From assembly GCA_902762295.1 (NCBI GenBank), contig CACWNX010000001.1:150702-214701 (forward strand): 64,000 bases of DNA, read 5' to 3'. The number at the start of each line of letters is the position of its first letter. The first letter of the stretch is position 1. Position numbers and translations under genes: made by a program. The notes beneath the pieces are model-generated. The model worked only from the letters and a program-made list of their open reading frames with translations. It was not told where the DNA came from and made no database searches. This stretch comes from an uncultured Pseudomonadota bacterium (lineage in GTDB: Bacteria > Pseudomonadota > Alphaproteobacteria > Rs-D84). Positions 36,240 to 46,263 of the stretch are shown piece by piece.

Positions 36240-36803
36240 TTACCATTGACTTGTTTGATATACCCTGCCCCATGCGGCTTTATATCCACCATCACGCGAC
36301 AACACAACCTTGGCATTCTGTAAATTAGCACAGTTCAAGCCACGAATAGTATATGTTTGTGTTAAACGACCAGGTTCATCGATTGATAATGTCGGCAATT
36401 TCAGATTCATGCACTTTGAATCACAGCAACTGCTGTCGTTGCAATTACCACATTTATAGATTTTCATTGTATAGTCTTTACCTGGCCGCAGATCGGTCAA
36501 GTCAACCATCATCTTTACACCATTATCTGATGGCGCAAACTTTATATGTCCCATTTCGGATGTTCCACCACGACCATTGCGAGTATACATATTCGCCTTC
36601 ATCCTTGGTGCTTCTACAACTTCGGTGGCGACAACGGTTTCATCAACTTCATACATCATGACCGGCTGTTGTGCATTATGATGATGCTTGGTCTTTGGCG
36701 CGTCATGGTGATATCCACCACAGTGTGTACTGCATGCCGCCAATGCCGCCGCTGTTGCGAATGCGACCGTTAAATGAGATACCTTTTTTATAAATTTATT
36801 CAT
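36240..36803 (-). CDS. His- and Cys-rich lipoprotein with a Cu/Zn-SOD-like sequence pattern that lacks the metal-ligand histidines
   Basis: Lipobox LAA/C. N-terminal HCGGYHHDAPKTKHHHN. GHIKFAPSDNGVKMMVDLTDLRPGKDYTMKIYKCGNC parallels the SodC G.v.F...GV.v...L.GL.PG.HGFHIHE.G.C pattern. Confidence 0.45.
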   Translation of the reverse strand: MNKFIKKVSHLTVAFATAAALAACSTHCGGYHHDAPKTKHHHNAQQPVMMYEVDETVVATEVVEAPRMKANMYTRNGRGGTSEMGHIKFAPSDNGVKMMVDLTDLRPGKDYTMKIYKCGNCNDSSCCDSKCMNLKLPTLSIDEPGRLTQTYTIRGLNCANLQNAKVVLSRDGGYKAAWGRVYQTSQW

Positions 36804-36896
36804 TTTTTCTCCTTTGGGTTGTACGACAAAATTATATTACAAACACACTAAATTTTCGTCAGGTATGATTGCCTAATCACATTACAAAATAAAAAA

Positions 36897-36916
36897 CCCC
36901 GAACATAAATTCGGGG
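36897..36916 (-). terminator. Terminator after the 36948 OMP gene
   Basis: CCCCGAA-CATAAA-TTCGGGG with a T-run on the minus strand. Confidence 0.65.
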
Positions 36917-36947
36917 CCAAACACAACATTTGATTGAACAAAAATGT

Positions 36948-37550
36948 TTAGAACATATATCTGATGCCGATATCGCCACCAAAATTATGTATTCCGGAAT
37001 CAACATCTGCGTATGTATAGCGGAATGCCATATCAACCGCAAAAACGCGCCAATCAAAGGTCACACCAACCGTACCCATTGCCGAGAAACGCGTCATATC
37101 GTGATCTTCAATAACACCGGCAACTTCACGCGATGAATCTGCAAACGCGACACCGGCACCGGCACCAATGAACGGACGAATCATCTGATAATCACCCAAA
37201 TCCATATAGAAGTTCATCAACAAGTTTTGCATTTTGGTGTTTATGTTAACATTATCGGTACCGAACATATCATTATCTTTAATTTTTGTGAATAAAGACC
37301 ATTCAACTTCGGTACGCGCCTTGTTGCACCACATCGCCAGACCAAGTGCGACACGGCCATGCATTTCTTCGTCACTGAATGATTCCTTGAACCCATTATA
37401 ACGATAGTTCAAGTTGGTATAGCCTGCGCCAACACGCAACGCCATATACGGATTTAAACTATCCCAAAACGATTCGTTGTTATGATATTGACCGGCCATG
37501 GCGGGACACGCAACCAGCGCAGCCAAGACAGGAATTGCAACTTTTTTCAT
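36948..37550 (-). CDS. Small outer-membrane beta-barrel protein (Omp25/OmpA-beta-barrel-like)
   Basis: Start at the ATG at 37550 (MKKVAIPVLAALVACPAMAGQ) after AAGGAG. Alternating-strand pattern, ends in ...IGIRYMF. Confidence 0.7.
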   Translation of the reverse strand: MKKVAIPVLAALVACPAMAGQYHNNESFWDSLNPYMALRVGAGYTNLNYRYNGFKESFSDEEMHGRVALGLAMWCNKARTEVEWSLFTKIKDNDMFGTDNVNINTKMQNLLMNFYMDLGDYQMIRPFIGAGAGVAFADSSREVAGVIEDHDMTRFSAMGTVGVTFDWRVFAVDMAFRYTYADVDSGIHNFGGDIGIRYMF

Positions 37551-37733
37551 GTTTTCTCCTTTTGTTTGTTCCAAAGGGTGCGTTTACACTCTTTTACGTT
37601 TTTAATGGTATCACGGCAATGTCAAAGTTTATATAGGTATGGATGCCTTTTTGCATTGTGGAAAACACGCATTGGTATAAAAACTTGCATTTTTATAAAA
37701 AGGTTATATAATTCCCTGGTCTGAACGGACCCA

Positions 37734-37809
37734 TGGGTGCATAGCTCAGTTGGTAGAGCAACTGACTCTTAATCAGTGGGTCTGGGGTTCGAGTCCCCAT
37801 GCGCCCACC
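37734..37809 (+). tRNA. tRNA-Lys (anticodon CUU), CCA encoded
   Basis: 76-nt cloverleaf built by hand: GGGTGCA/TGCGCCC acceptor, ACTGA-CTCTTAA-TCAGT anticodon arm, TGGGG-TTCGAGT-CCCCA T-arm. Confidence 0.9.
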
Positions 37810-38008
37810 AAAAATTAAAATCGGCTTTTGCCGGTTTTTATTTTTGCATTGGGACATTGGACGAGAAAATTTGTATGCGCGAACGAGCAATGCGAAGTTC
37901 AAGCAACTACAAATTTGCGCACAGGCATTTTATGCCGAGCGAACCCCACGGGGTTCGACACGATAGCCGGTTTTGCAAATTGCAACCATTTTTACTAACC
38001 ACTCTGCA

Positions 38009-39562
38009 CTATTTTTTCAGATAATTTATTGGGTTATACGACTTGGTTCCTTTGCGGATTTCAAAGTGTAATTGTGGTTTGGTCACCTTACCTGTCTGGC
38101 CAACGGTGCCAATTTTTTGTCCGACCGACACGCGCGCACCACGGCGGACCGACATAGAATTCAAATGCGCATAGACCGTCATCCATCCATCTGCGTGTTG
38201 AATGATAATAAGATTACCCATACCGCGCACTTCGTTTCCGGCATAGGCAACAACACCATTTTCTGCCGCATTTACATGTGTATTTAATGTCGCCGATATG
38301 TTTATACCGTCGTTATACAGCCCACCATTTTTTGCGCCATAGTGCGACAGTATTGTTCCACGCACCGGCCATGAAAACTTTGATGATGACCGCGCCGCAA
38401 TCGGTTGTGGTTTTTCTGTGGCCGGCTTTGCGATTTGTTTATTTGTTGTTTTGGGTGTTTCTTTTTGTGTCGGTTTCGCGGTCGTTTTCTGCTGAGACTT
38501 TTGCGCCGGTCTCGATTCGGTTTTTGTCGTTTTTGTGCTCGCTTTTGCTGTCGGTTTTGAATCCACTTTGCTGGTTACTGTCTTGGGGGCGACAATCTTG
38601 GCTTCCGGCAAATCGGGAACGCGTAATTTCTGACCAACACTTAACGCGAACGGCGCACGCAGCCCATTCATAACCGCCAAATCATTAACCGGTATTTCAT
38701 ATCGGCGCGATAATGAATATAGTGTATCCCCCTTTGCCACAGAGACAGTTTTCAATGGAACACGAACATCTGTTTTCTTTTCAATAACTTTTTTATCTGG
38801 CTCTGGTTTAGTTTCCACTTTCGGTTTTTCCAACGGCTTTGGTTTATTTTTAACCGCCGGTTTCGGTTCAGTTTTGACCACAGGTTTTATTTCGGCCTTT
38901 GCCGTCGGTTCAACTTTTGGTGCATCGGATTGCAGTTTTAAAACCTGACCTACCCGCAGTGTATATGGCGGTTTTATTGCATTTGCATCCGCCAGTTTTT
39001 CTATTGTTGTATTATTCGCACGCGCCAACGAATACAGTGTATCACCGCGCCGTACAACAACTGTGCCATGCATCGCGCGCGCCGGCACATTTAATTCGCC
39101 GGGTTCATAAGACGGCACATCGATAACATCGTGTTCTGGTTCTGCCACTGTTTCGTCGGGTTCAGAATCATTTTTATTGTTATTGATTTTATCGGGTATA
39201 TCAATAATATCTTCATTTGTATCAAGTGCGGTATCATCGGGCAGTTCATCTTGCATTGAATCAGATACTTCCTTGGTTGTTGATTCTGATTTCAAAACAT
39301 AATCGTCAATGCCGGCATAGTTCACATATTCATCCATATCAACCGAACCATACAATTCAGGCGACGCGTAAACACCATAATCTGAAACCGCCGAATTATA
39401 AATTTCGGGTTCGGTATTCGGGTCGGCAAGCATTGCCGGATATCGCGCCGATATAAAATCACCAACCGTATCAGGCAACGCGGTTATTTTTGGTTGCAAA
39501 TCACAGGACGCAACCAACGCGCCCGCGCATAATACGACAATCGCCGAAATAAATTTTATCAT
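38009..39562 (-). CDS. LysM-domain M23 metallopeptidase lipoprotein (NlpD-like)
   Basis: Lipobox LVAS/C. Two LysM repeats (GDTLYSLAR..., GDTLYSLSRRY...), a Pro/Lys/Thr-rich linker, and a C-terminal M23 core (GNLIIIQHADGWMTVYAHL...GQTGKVTKPQLHFEIR). Confidence 0.85.
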   Translation of the reverse strand: MIKFISAIVVLCAGALVASCDLQPKITALPDTVGDFISARYPAMLADPNTEPEIYNSAVSDYGVYASPELYGSVDMDEYVNYAGIDDYVLKSESTTKEVSDSMQDELPDDTALDTNEDIIDIPDKINNNKNDSEPDETVAEPEHDVIDVPSYEPGELNVPARAMHGTVVVRRGDTLYSLARANNTTIEKLADANAIKPPYTLRVGQVLKLQSDAPKVEPTAKAEIKPVVKTEPKPAVKNKPKPLEKPKVETKPEPDKKVIEKKTDVRVPLKTVSVAKGDTLYSLSRRYEIPVNDLAVMNGLRAPFALSVGQKLRVPDLPEAKIVAPKTVTSKVDSKPTAKASTKTTKTESRPAQKSQQKTTAKPTQKETPKTTNKQIAKPATEKPQPIAARSSSKFSWPVRGTILSHYGAKNGGLYNDGINISATLNTHVNAAENGVVAYAGNEVRGMGNLIIIQHADGWMTVYAHLNSMSVRRGARVSVGQKIGTVGQTGKVTKPQLHFEIRKGTKSYNPINYLKK

Positions 39563-39586
39563 ATCTGAATTATATCATAAAAATGA

Positions 39587-40291
39587 TTATTTTTTCATAA
39601 ATAAAATACTGACTTCAAATAATGCCCACATGGGAATCGCCAGTAATAATTGCGAAACCACATCAGGTGGTGTTAATACCGCCGCCGCAATTACAATAAT
39701 TATTATCGCATAGCGTCGCATTGCAATAACCCGTTCACGCGACAACACACCCGCGCGATTCAGCAATACCATTACCAACGGTAATTGAAACGCGATACCG
39801 AAAACTTTCAGCATGCCAATTGCAAACCCCAGATAATCACGAACCGCCGGCATCACCAGTGCAGGAACCGGTGCCGATTCGTTTAATTCAATAAAGAATT
39901 TAAAAACAAATGGAAATAAAATATAAAATGCAAATGCCGCACCAATCAAAAATAAAATTGGCGAAATAACAAAAATTGGAATAATAAAATCTTTTTCCCG
40001 CCGGTGCAGCCCGGGCGCAACAAATGCCCAAATCTGCCACATTGCAAACGGTATTGTTATCATTATCGCGACCAGTAATGCCAAAGACAAATCAATCATC
40101 AATCCATCGGTTATTCCGGTATAGAGTAATCGTGCATCATCCCAAACATCTAACAACGGAATTGTTAAAAATTCTTGGACAAATGGCGCAACGAACCAAC
40201 CCAACACAAATGACAAAACAAAGAATCCAATTGTCCACAGAATCCGGCGGCGCAATTCGGCAAAATGTTGCATCATTGTCATTTTTTTCAT
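39587..40291 (-). CDS. tatC: Twin-arginine translocase subunit TatC
   Basis: 234 aa, 6 TM, HFAELRRRIL start motif. Confidence 0.9.
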   Translation of the reverse strand: MKKMTMMQHFAELRRRILWTIGFFVLSFVLGWFVAPFVQEFLTIPLLDVWDDARLLYTGITDGLMIDLSLALLVAIMITIPFAMWQIWAFVAPGLHRREKDFIIPIFVISPILFLIGAAFAFYILFPFVFKFFIELNESAPVPALVMPAVRDYLGFAIGMLKVFGIAFQLPLVMVLLNRAGVLSRERVIAMRRYAIIIIVIAAAVLTPPDVVSQLLLAIPMWALFEVSILFMKK

Positions 40292-40566
40292 TTTGCACCC
40301 ACCCGTTTTTTGCGCGATTTGCGTTTAACCGAAATCGTGTCCAGCATATCACGTGTCGTCGTATTCACAATTTCATCAATTGGTTGTTCTAATTCAATTT
40401 GATTCTTTATCTTTTCGGATGCATCGGTAATTTTCCAAATAATTCCACGAATAAATTTCACCAACCGTGCAATCGCACGCGCAACATCCGGCCAATATCG
40501 TGCCGGCACGACCAAAATCGCGACCAGCAAGATAACAACAAATTCTGCCCAACTGATTCCAAACAT
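40288..40566 (-). CDS. tatB: Twin-arginine translocase subunit TatB
   Basis: 92 aa. MFGISWAEFVVILLVAILVV plus an amphipathic helix. Overlaps the tatC start by 4 nt. Confidence 0.7.
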   Translation of the reverse strand: MFGISWAEFVVILLVAILVVPARYWPDVARAIARLVKFIRGIIWKITDASEKIKNQIELEQPIDEIVNTTTRDMLDTISVKRKSRKKRVGAK

Positions 40567-40569
40567 ATT

Positions 40570-41184
40570 TTAATCATAGAAATCATCACCGCCATTGGTG
40601 CTGACCGTTTTATGACGTTTAATCTGAAAATAATGCTTTTCAAAACTGCTTTTTGCCTTCATATTGCTAAACACGACATCCGTTTTATTTCCAACCGCAT
40701 CAACAATCGTCCAAGAATTAAGTGCCACAGGCTTTTTATCAAATGTGACCATCATAGTTCCAAGACCTTCTTGACCACGCAGATTCATTTTCAACGAAAA
40801 TGTCTTACCCGAATCCACGGTATCAACGACACGAATATCGGCATTTTGCAAATCTATGTTTTTACGCACCAATATTCCCGCCGGTGTACTAGTCAGCGGC
40901 ACTGTTGTAATCTGGTCCAATGATTTATCATAAAAATATAAATCGGAACCGTCCGATATTAACTGAATTGGCATATTTTTATAATCCAATCGAACACGTC
41001 CCGGACGCAACATTGAAAAGGTTCCTTTTTCGCGTTTATCATTATTTATCTGGATAAAATCACCCGTTAACCCCGTCACAGAATTCAAATACTTCTCCGC
41101 AGATATGACCAAAGATTTGTCCACCGCCGCAAATGCGCCACCGGCAAACAGTGCGAATAAAACAAATGCAAAAAGCTTTCTCAT
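40570..41184 (-). CDS. lolA: Outer-membrane lipoprotein carrier LolA-like protein
   Basis: 204 aa, signal peptide, F.Q.......G.f...RPG..R..Y pattern (GDFIQINNDKREKGTFSMLRPGRVRLDY). Confidence 0.65.
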   Translation of the reverse strand: MRKLFAFVLFALFAGGAFAAVDKSLVISAEKYLNSVTGLTGDFIQINNDKREKGTFSMLRPGRVRLDYKNMPIQLISDGSDLYFYDKSLDQITTVPLTSTPAGILVRKNIDLQNADIRVVDTVDSGKTFSLKMNLRGQEGLGTMMVTFDKKPVALNSWTIVDAVGNKTDVVFSNMKAKSSFEKHYFQIKRHKTVSTNGGDDFYD

Positions 41185-42143
41185 TTTATCTCCTTTCTAA
41201 ATAATTCTAAAATACGCGCCTTTACATTTTCCAACGTATCGGCCACGACCGCACCGGCGGCAAATTCATGCCCCCCACCCCCAAGCGCCGATGCAATATG
41301 GTCAACCCGTTTAAATCGGCCACGCAAAGATACACCTATTTGATTTGGCTTTTGTTCTTTTAACAACGCAACATAATCCAGACCACGAATCTGCCCAAGC
41401 AAATTTAAAACCGTTTCACCACGACCGTCTAAATTTTTATACTGAGATGAATTTATGATTGCAACCCCAAGGCGATTTTTATAATAAAACTCGGTGGCAC
41501 CAACGGCGGTCGCCTCGGTCACAATCGTCTTGCGCGGTTTATTTGCCAGGTCATTTACAATCCGTTGAATATTAACCCCGGAATCCACCAATTCCGCCGC
41601 AATATGCAAAATGTCGCCACGCTTTACATATTTAAAGCCCCCGGTATCTGTTATTATCGCTGTCATCAACAGGCAACGCGTCATCAAATCGGAATTCCAT
41701 CCGGCATAGCGCATCATCTTATAAACAATTTCGGCCGTCGCCGCCGCATCAGAATCATCAAAACATAAATTACCAATTTTATTATCGTTTATGTGATGAT
41801 CAACCTCTATCACAAACTTTGCGCGTTCAATAAATTTATGCGGGCCACCAATATTTCGTTCAATACCATAGTCCATAACAATCGCGACATCCGGTGCAAA
41901 ATCATCATCTAACTTTTCAAAGAATCTTATCCTGCGACGCAACGGTACTTCATCCAAATTATCGGGAATATTACCATCATATGTGCACACGACCTCTTTG
42001 TCATAATTCATTTCTATTAAATGCGCCAACGCCAAAACCGAACATATCGCATCACCATCAGGATTCTTGTGCGCACACAAAAGAATTGAACCCGCCGACC
42101 GTATTTTCTCATCAAAAATTTTCCATTTTTCTGCGTTTATCAT
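41181..42143 (-). CDS. nrnA: DHH/DHHA1 phosphoesterase (NrnA-like oligoribonuclease)
   Basis: DGDAICS, VDHHIND and GGGHEFAAGA motifs. Confidence 0.8.
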   Translation of the reverse strand: MINAEKWKIFDEKIRSAGSILLCAHKNPDGDAICSVLALAHLIEMNYDKEVVCTYDGNIPDNLDEVPLRRRIRFFEKLDDDFAPDVAIVMDYGIERNIGGPHKFIERAKFVIEVDHHINDNKIGNLCFDDSDAAATAEIVYKMMRYAGWNSDLMTRCLLMTAIITDTGGFKYVKRGDILHIAAELVDSGVNIQRIVNDLANKPRKTIVTEATAVGATEFYYKNRLGVAIINSSQYKNLDGRGETVLNLLGQIRGLDYVALLKEQKPNQIGVSLRGRFKRVDHIASALGGGGHEFAAGAVVADTLENVKARILELFRKEIK

Positions 42144-43894
42144 AATGCGATATCTTCCAGTATAAATTGTGCGCTGGCCCGACCATTGTATGTATTTTCT
42201 TTCAACCGCCCCAGCAATGTCATTTTAGTATTTATGTTTGCATCGTCCAGTAAAAAATTACCAACCGGCGACCCAACTAAATTAAATCCAACAAAATCCA
42301 ATCGTGTTCCCGCCGATGTCCGAAAATTTCCACGCAGATGCATTCCGCCCCGCCCCATCAAAACCGCATGATCTAATACCGCGCCACGCAAAACCAACAT
42401 CGGTTCCGGATTAGATTGACCAAACGGTTCCATTTGTTCCAGTTTTTTTACCAAATTCATATTTGCACCACTTGCATCCATTTCTGCATCTGCAACAATA
42501 TCGGATGCTGGCAAAGCGCCATTCAACTGGTCCAGCACAGATTTTTCTAAGAACTCACAAAATTCCCCTTCACGATCCGCCGTCAATGAAAATCCCGCCG
42601 CCGCCGCATGACCACCACCTTCGGTCACCAATCCACGCGACAACGCATCATGTATAATCGCCCCAAGATTTACCCCCGGAATCGAACGCCCCGAACCATT
42701 TATCATACCATCCGTACGGGTTGCGACACATGCCGGCAAATTATATTTATCTTTCAAACGCCCCGCAATTATCCCCATAACACCACCGTGCCAATTATCA
42801 CCACAAACGAATAAACTGCATCGTCCATCACGACAGCATTTTTCGGCAATATCGGTTGCCTGCAACATAATTGCATTTTGAATACTTATACGTTCTTGAT
42901 TCATTGCATCCAATTTATTTGCCAAATCGTATGCAATCATTGGATTATCGGTCAGCAACAAATCTAATGCCGGCGTTGCAGAATCCAATCGTCCGGCCGC
43001 ATTCAAACGTGGTCCTATTACAAACCCCGCCGTATAGACCGAAACCCGTTCAACGCGCGCAACATCCATCAAAACACGCAAGCCCAAATTCTGACGCAAT
43101 CCTAAGACCTTTAACCCAGTTGCGACAAATGCACGATTTAATCCAACCAGTGCCATTGTATCGCAGATTGTTCCTAAGGCAACACAATCCAAAAAATTCA
43201 ACAAGTTTATAGATTGAATTTTTTCAATCAAATCTGCACGACCCGAATTTTTCAATTCCCGATTTAACGCAACCAATGTCAAGAATGCCACACCAACACC
43301 CGCCAAATATGTTAAACCCGAATCGTCATCTGCACGTTTTGGATTAACAACCGCATCGGCATTTGGAATTATACCATCCGGCGAATGATGATCCGTCACA
43401 ACCGTTCGCATTCCCAATGATTTCGCTAAATCTATTTCAGAATTCCCGCTGATTCCACAATCTACAGTAATAAGAACCCGCGCACCATCATTATATAAAC
43501 AATGCACCGCGTCTGAATTTAAACCATATCCTTCGCCTTCACGCGTTGGTAAATGCCAAATAACATCCGTACCAATCGCACGCAGATATTTTACAAAAAT
43601 CGCCGTTGATGTTATTCCATCAACATCATAATCACCATATATCGCGATTTTTTCACCATTTAAAACCGCATCTGAAATTATTTTCACTGCGACCTGCATA
43701 TCATGCAAGACAAATGGGTCTGGCATATACTCTTTGACCGATGGATTTAAAAATTTTGGGATATCTGCGTCCGCGATTCCGCGTCCAGCCAAAATCCGAT
43801 GCAGTAAATCATCTGCATCAACAAACGGCGTACTATCATCACCCGACACGAACCATGCCCGCCCCAGCATGGATTTTTCTACTATCTTTCTCAA
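42140..43894 (-). CDS. recJ: Single-stranded-DNA-specific exonuclease RecJ
   Basis: 584 aa with YGDYDVDGITS, TVDCGI, TDHH and GGGHAAAAG motifs. Confidence 0.95.
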   Translation of the reverse strand: MRKIVEKSMLGRAWFVSGDDSTPFVDADDLLHRILAGRGIADADIPKFLNPSVKEYMPDPFVLHDMQVAVKIISDAVLNGEKIAIYGDYDVDGITSTAIFVKYLRAIGTDVIWHLPTREGEGYGLNSDAVHCLYNDGARVLITVDCGISGNSEIDLAKSLGMRTVVTDHHSPDGIIPNADAVVNPKRADDDSGLTYLAGVGVAFLTLVALNRELKNSGRADLIEKIQSINLLNFLDCVALGTICDTMALVGLNRAFVATGLKVLGLRQNLGLRVLMDVARVERVSVYTAGFVIGPRLNAAGRLDSATPALDLLLTDNPMIAYDLANKLDAMNQERISIQNAIMLQATDIAEKCCRDGRCSLFVCGDNWHGGVMGIIAGRLKDKYNLPACVATRTDGMINGSGRSIPGVNLGAIIHDALSRGLVTEGGGHAAAAGFSLTADREGEFCEFLEKSVLDQLNGALPASDIVADAEMDASGANMNLVKKLEQMEPFGQSNPEPMLVLRGAVLDHAVLMGRGGMHLRGNFRTSAGTRLDFVGFNLVGSPVGNFLLDDANINTKMTLLGRLKENTYNGRASAQFILEDIAL

Positions 43895-43936
43895 CGCTTA
43901 CTCTTTTTTTATTGTCAAGTGTATTATAATATAAAA

Positions 43937-45565
43937 TTATTCAAATAGCAACGGCAGTATCGCATTCAAAATTTTTCCCGTTGTCGGCACCGCATTCCAT
44001 GCCGCTGTGCGCAGTCCAAAAGTTTCTTCATTTCCCTTTGGTTCGTCTAATACAACCAAAATAGTATACTGTGGTGCCGCAACCGGGAATATTCCTACAA
44101 ACGCAGTCAGATTTCTAAATTTATCTATTTTTCCATTTATTCGTTTTTCTGCCGTCGCGGTTTTTCCACCAATCTGAATTCCGGCAATTCTCGCCTGCTT
44201 TGCACTGGTTTCTTCGGCAATACGCAACATAACCGAACGCAGTCGTGACGATATATCATCTGCCAAGACGCGTTCACCACGCAATGGCCCAAAACTACGC
44301 TTTTGTAATGTTGGATAAATGTATATTCCGCCATTTGTCATAGAATTTACCGCCAGCAACAAATGCATCGGTGTCACCGATATACCGTGTCCAAACGACA
44401 CAGTCGCACGTTCAACCGGCCCCCACTTTCGTGGCAGAAGCGGTGTTTCGGTTTTTCCGAATTCCAAACTAAGTGGTTTATCCAAATGCACCCGATGAAA
44501 GAATTCTTGCTGGGTTCCATCTGGTAAATCCAGTGCAATTTGAACACTGCCAACATTACAAGAATGCAACATTATTTCTTCTACACTTAAATGTGGACGT
44601 GGCGGACGAAAACTGCGCACATCATGAATTGTGGCGGCCACGCGGCCAAATTTATCACGAATCTTGAACGGTTCTTTGACATAGTATTCTTTATTTATAC
44701 CATTTTCCATCGCCATTGCCGTATTAAACACTTTAAATATAGACCCCATTTCAAACACACCTCGCATCGGCATAAAACTGCGTCGTGACATTGAATCCGC
44801 ATTCAGGTTTTCTGGGTCATAATCTGGCAATGACACCATCGCAATCATTTCACCGGTACTGGAATTCATCAACATACCCATTGCACCTTTGGCCTGATAT
44901 CGTTGCATTGCCGCCGACAATTGTTCATAAAACACCGATTGAATTCGCGAATCCAACGACAATTGCAATGGCGCATCATTATCACGCAAATAATCATCAT
45001 AAACACGTTCTGCGCCCTCTAACCCATGTCCGTCATTTCCGACGAATCCGACAACATGCGAAAACAAACGCCGTTTTGGGTATTTTCTTTCTTGAACAAC
45101 CTCTATATCCAACCCAGACAATTTTGCCGTCAAAATTCTTGCCCGCACTGCATCACTGGCATATTTTTTTATATAGTAAAAATTACGACCGGAATCCAGC
45201 ATTTTTAATACATTTGCCACCGAATAATCATATGGAAAAATATCGTGAATTAACTGAGCCACCGCATCGGCATCTTTAACCTGTTTTGGTCGCAGTGTCA
45301 CATGGCCCGACATAACGTTTTTTGCCAAAATATCGCCATTTCTGTCAACAATATCGGCACGATTTACAATCCATGCCCCATCACCATAGCCCTGACGCAC
45401 CCGGTCTGTTCCCTGCAATGCTAATTGAAAAGTGCGTGCAACGAATATGATAAAAACCGCGACAAAAAAACCATACACAAACCGTAACCGTTTGTGCCCC
45501 AGCGCGTTCCCAGGCGCACCCGTAAAACCATGTTTAAAAATATCCCGTCCTACTTCAAACATCAC
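43937..45565 (-). CDS. ftsI: Class B penicillin-binding protein (FtsI-like transpeptidase)
   Basis: 542 aa, N-terminal TM, SIFK (SxxK), SCN (SxN) and KTAT (KTG-like) motifs. Immediately follows ftsL. Confidence 0.8.
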   Translation of the reverse strand: MMFEVGRDIFKHGFTGAPGNALGHKRLRFVYGFFVAVFIIFVARTFQLALQGTDRVRQGYGDGAWIVNRADIVDRNGDILAKNVMSGHVTLRPKQVKDADAVAQLIHDIFPYDYSVANVLKMLDSGRNFYYIKKYASDAVRARILTAKLSGLDIEVVQERKYPKRRLFSHVVGFVGNDGHGLEGAERVYDDYLRDNDAPLQLSLDSRIQSVFYEQLSAAMQRYQAKGAMGMLMNSSTGEMIAMVSLPDYDPENLNADSMSRRSFMPMRGVFEMGSIFKVFNTAMAMENGINKEYYVKEPFKIRDKFGRVAATIHDVRSFRPPRPHLSVEEIMLHSCNVGSVQIALDLPDGTQQEFFHRVHLDKPLSLEFGKTETPLLPRKWGPVERATVSFGHGISVTPMHLLLAVNSMTNGGIYIYPTLQKRSFGPLRGERVLADDISSRLRSVMLRIAEETSAKQARIAGIQIGGKTATAEKRINGKIDKFRNLTAFVGIFPVAAPQYTILVVLDEPKGNEETFGLRTAAWNAVPTTGKILNAILPLLFE

Positions 45566-45870
45566 TTTTCAGTAATCTTATCAGGCAAATCCCGAATTTC
45601 AACCGATTTATTAAAACTTATCGCTTCGGCACGCGGAGCCACGCCCGACACTAAATTCCGCAGGCTCTCTGGTCGCACTAATGATGCGAATTTTGCCTGG
45701 GCAACCGCGATATCTTGTTGGGTTTGAACAATATCGCGTCGGACACGTTTTCGTTCATTATTTTGCGCACGATAACACACCTGCAACGCAACATTGATTG
45801 CGACCATTATCACAACCATCACAACACCAACGCGAAACATTTTTTCGTCTTCATTCATTTTATCATCCAT
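45562..45870 (-). CDS. ftsL: Cell division protein FtsL-like
   Basis: 102 aa, single TM followed by a coiled-coil-like segment. Overlaps the ftsI start by 4 nt. The call rests mainly on position. Confidence 0.5.
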   Translation of the reverse strand: MDDKMNEDEKMFRVGVVMVVIMVAINVALQVCYRAQNNERKRVRRDIVQTQQDIAVAQAKFASLVRPESLRNLVSGVAPRAEAISFNKSVEIRDLPDKITEK

Positions 45871-45897
45871 ACGAATAAATTCTTAACCACTATTCTA

Positions 45898-46260
45898 TCA
45901 TAAATTTTTCAAAAAACGAATCATAGAATTTACACCATTTAAACGCGCCGCCCCGATATTTATATTTAAATCTGAAAACATTTTATCCAGTGGCATTTTT
46001 TTTATCTCGTCTGGTGATTTTCCATCAACCATAGATAATAATATCGCAACAATTCCACGCACAATCGCCGAATCGGCATTTGCATAGAATCTGTCCCCAT
46101 CACGGCAAATCTGGACAAACGATGCGCAACCTAATATATCGGTGCATACGGCGGAATCTGGCGTATGCGGCAAATTTTTACCAATATCCATAACGGCCTC
46201 TAACCGTTCGACCGGGTCATGAATCATATCCAATAAAGTCTTTATTTGTTCAAAGGTCAT
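45898..46260 (-). CDS. sufE: Cysteine desulfuration protein SufE
   Basis: 120 aa. LGCASFVQ (active Cys context) and a GDADSAIVRG-like segment (ANADSAIVRGIVAILL). Confidence 0.8.
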   Translation of the reverse strand: MTFEQIKTLLDMIHDPVERLEAVMDIGKNLPHTPDSAVCTDILGCASFVQICRDGDRFYANADSAIVRGIVAILLSMVDGKSPDEIKKMPLDKMFSDLNINIGAARLNGVNSMIRFLKNL

Positions 46261-46263
46261 TTT

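Noticed and set aside
40399-40923. A 174-aa plus-strand ORF
   Set aside because: It is antisense to tatB and lolA and gives a His/Asn/Ile-rich low-complexity product.
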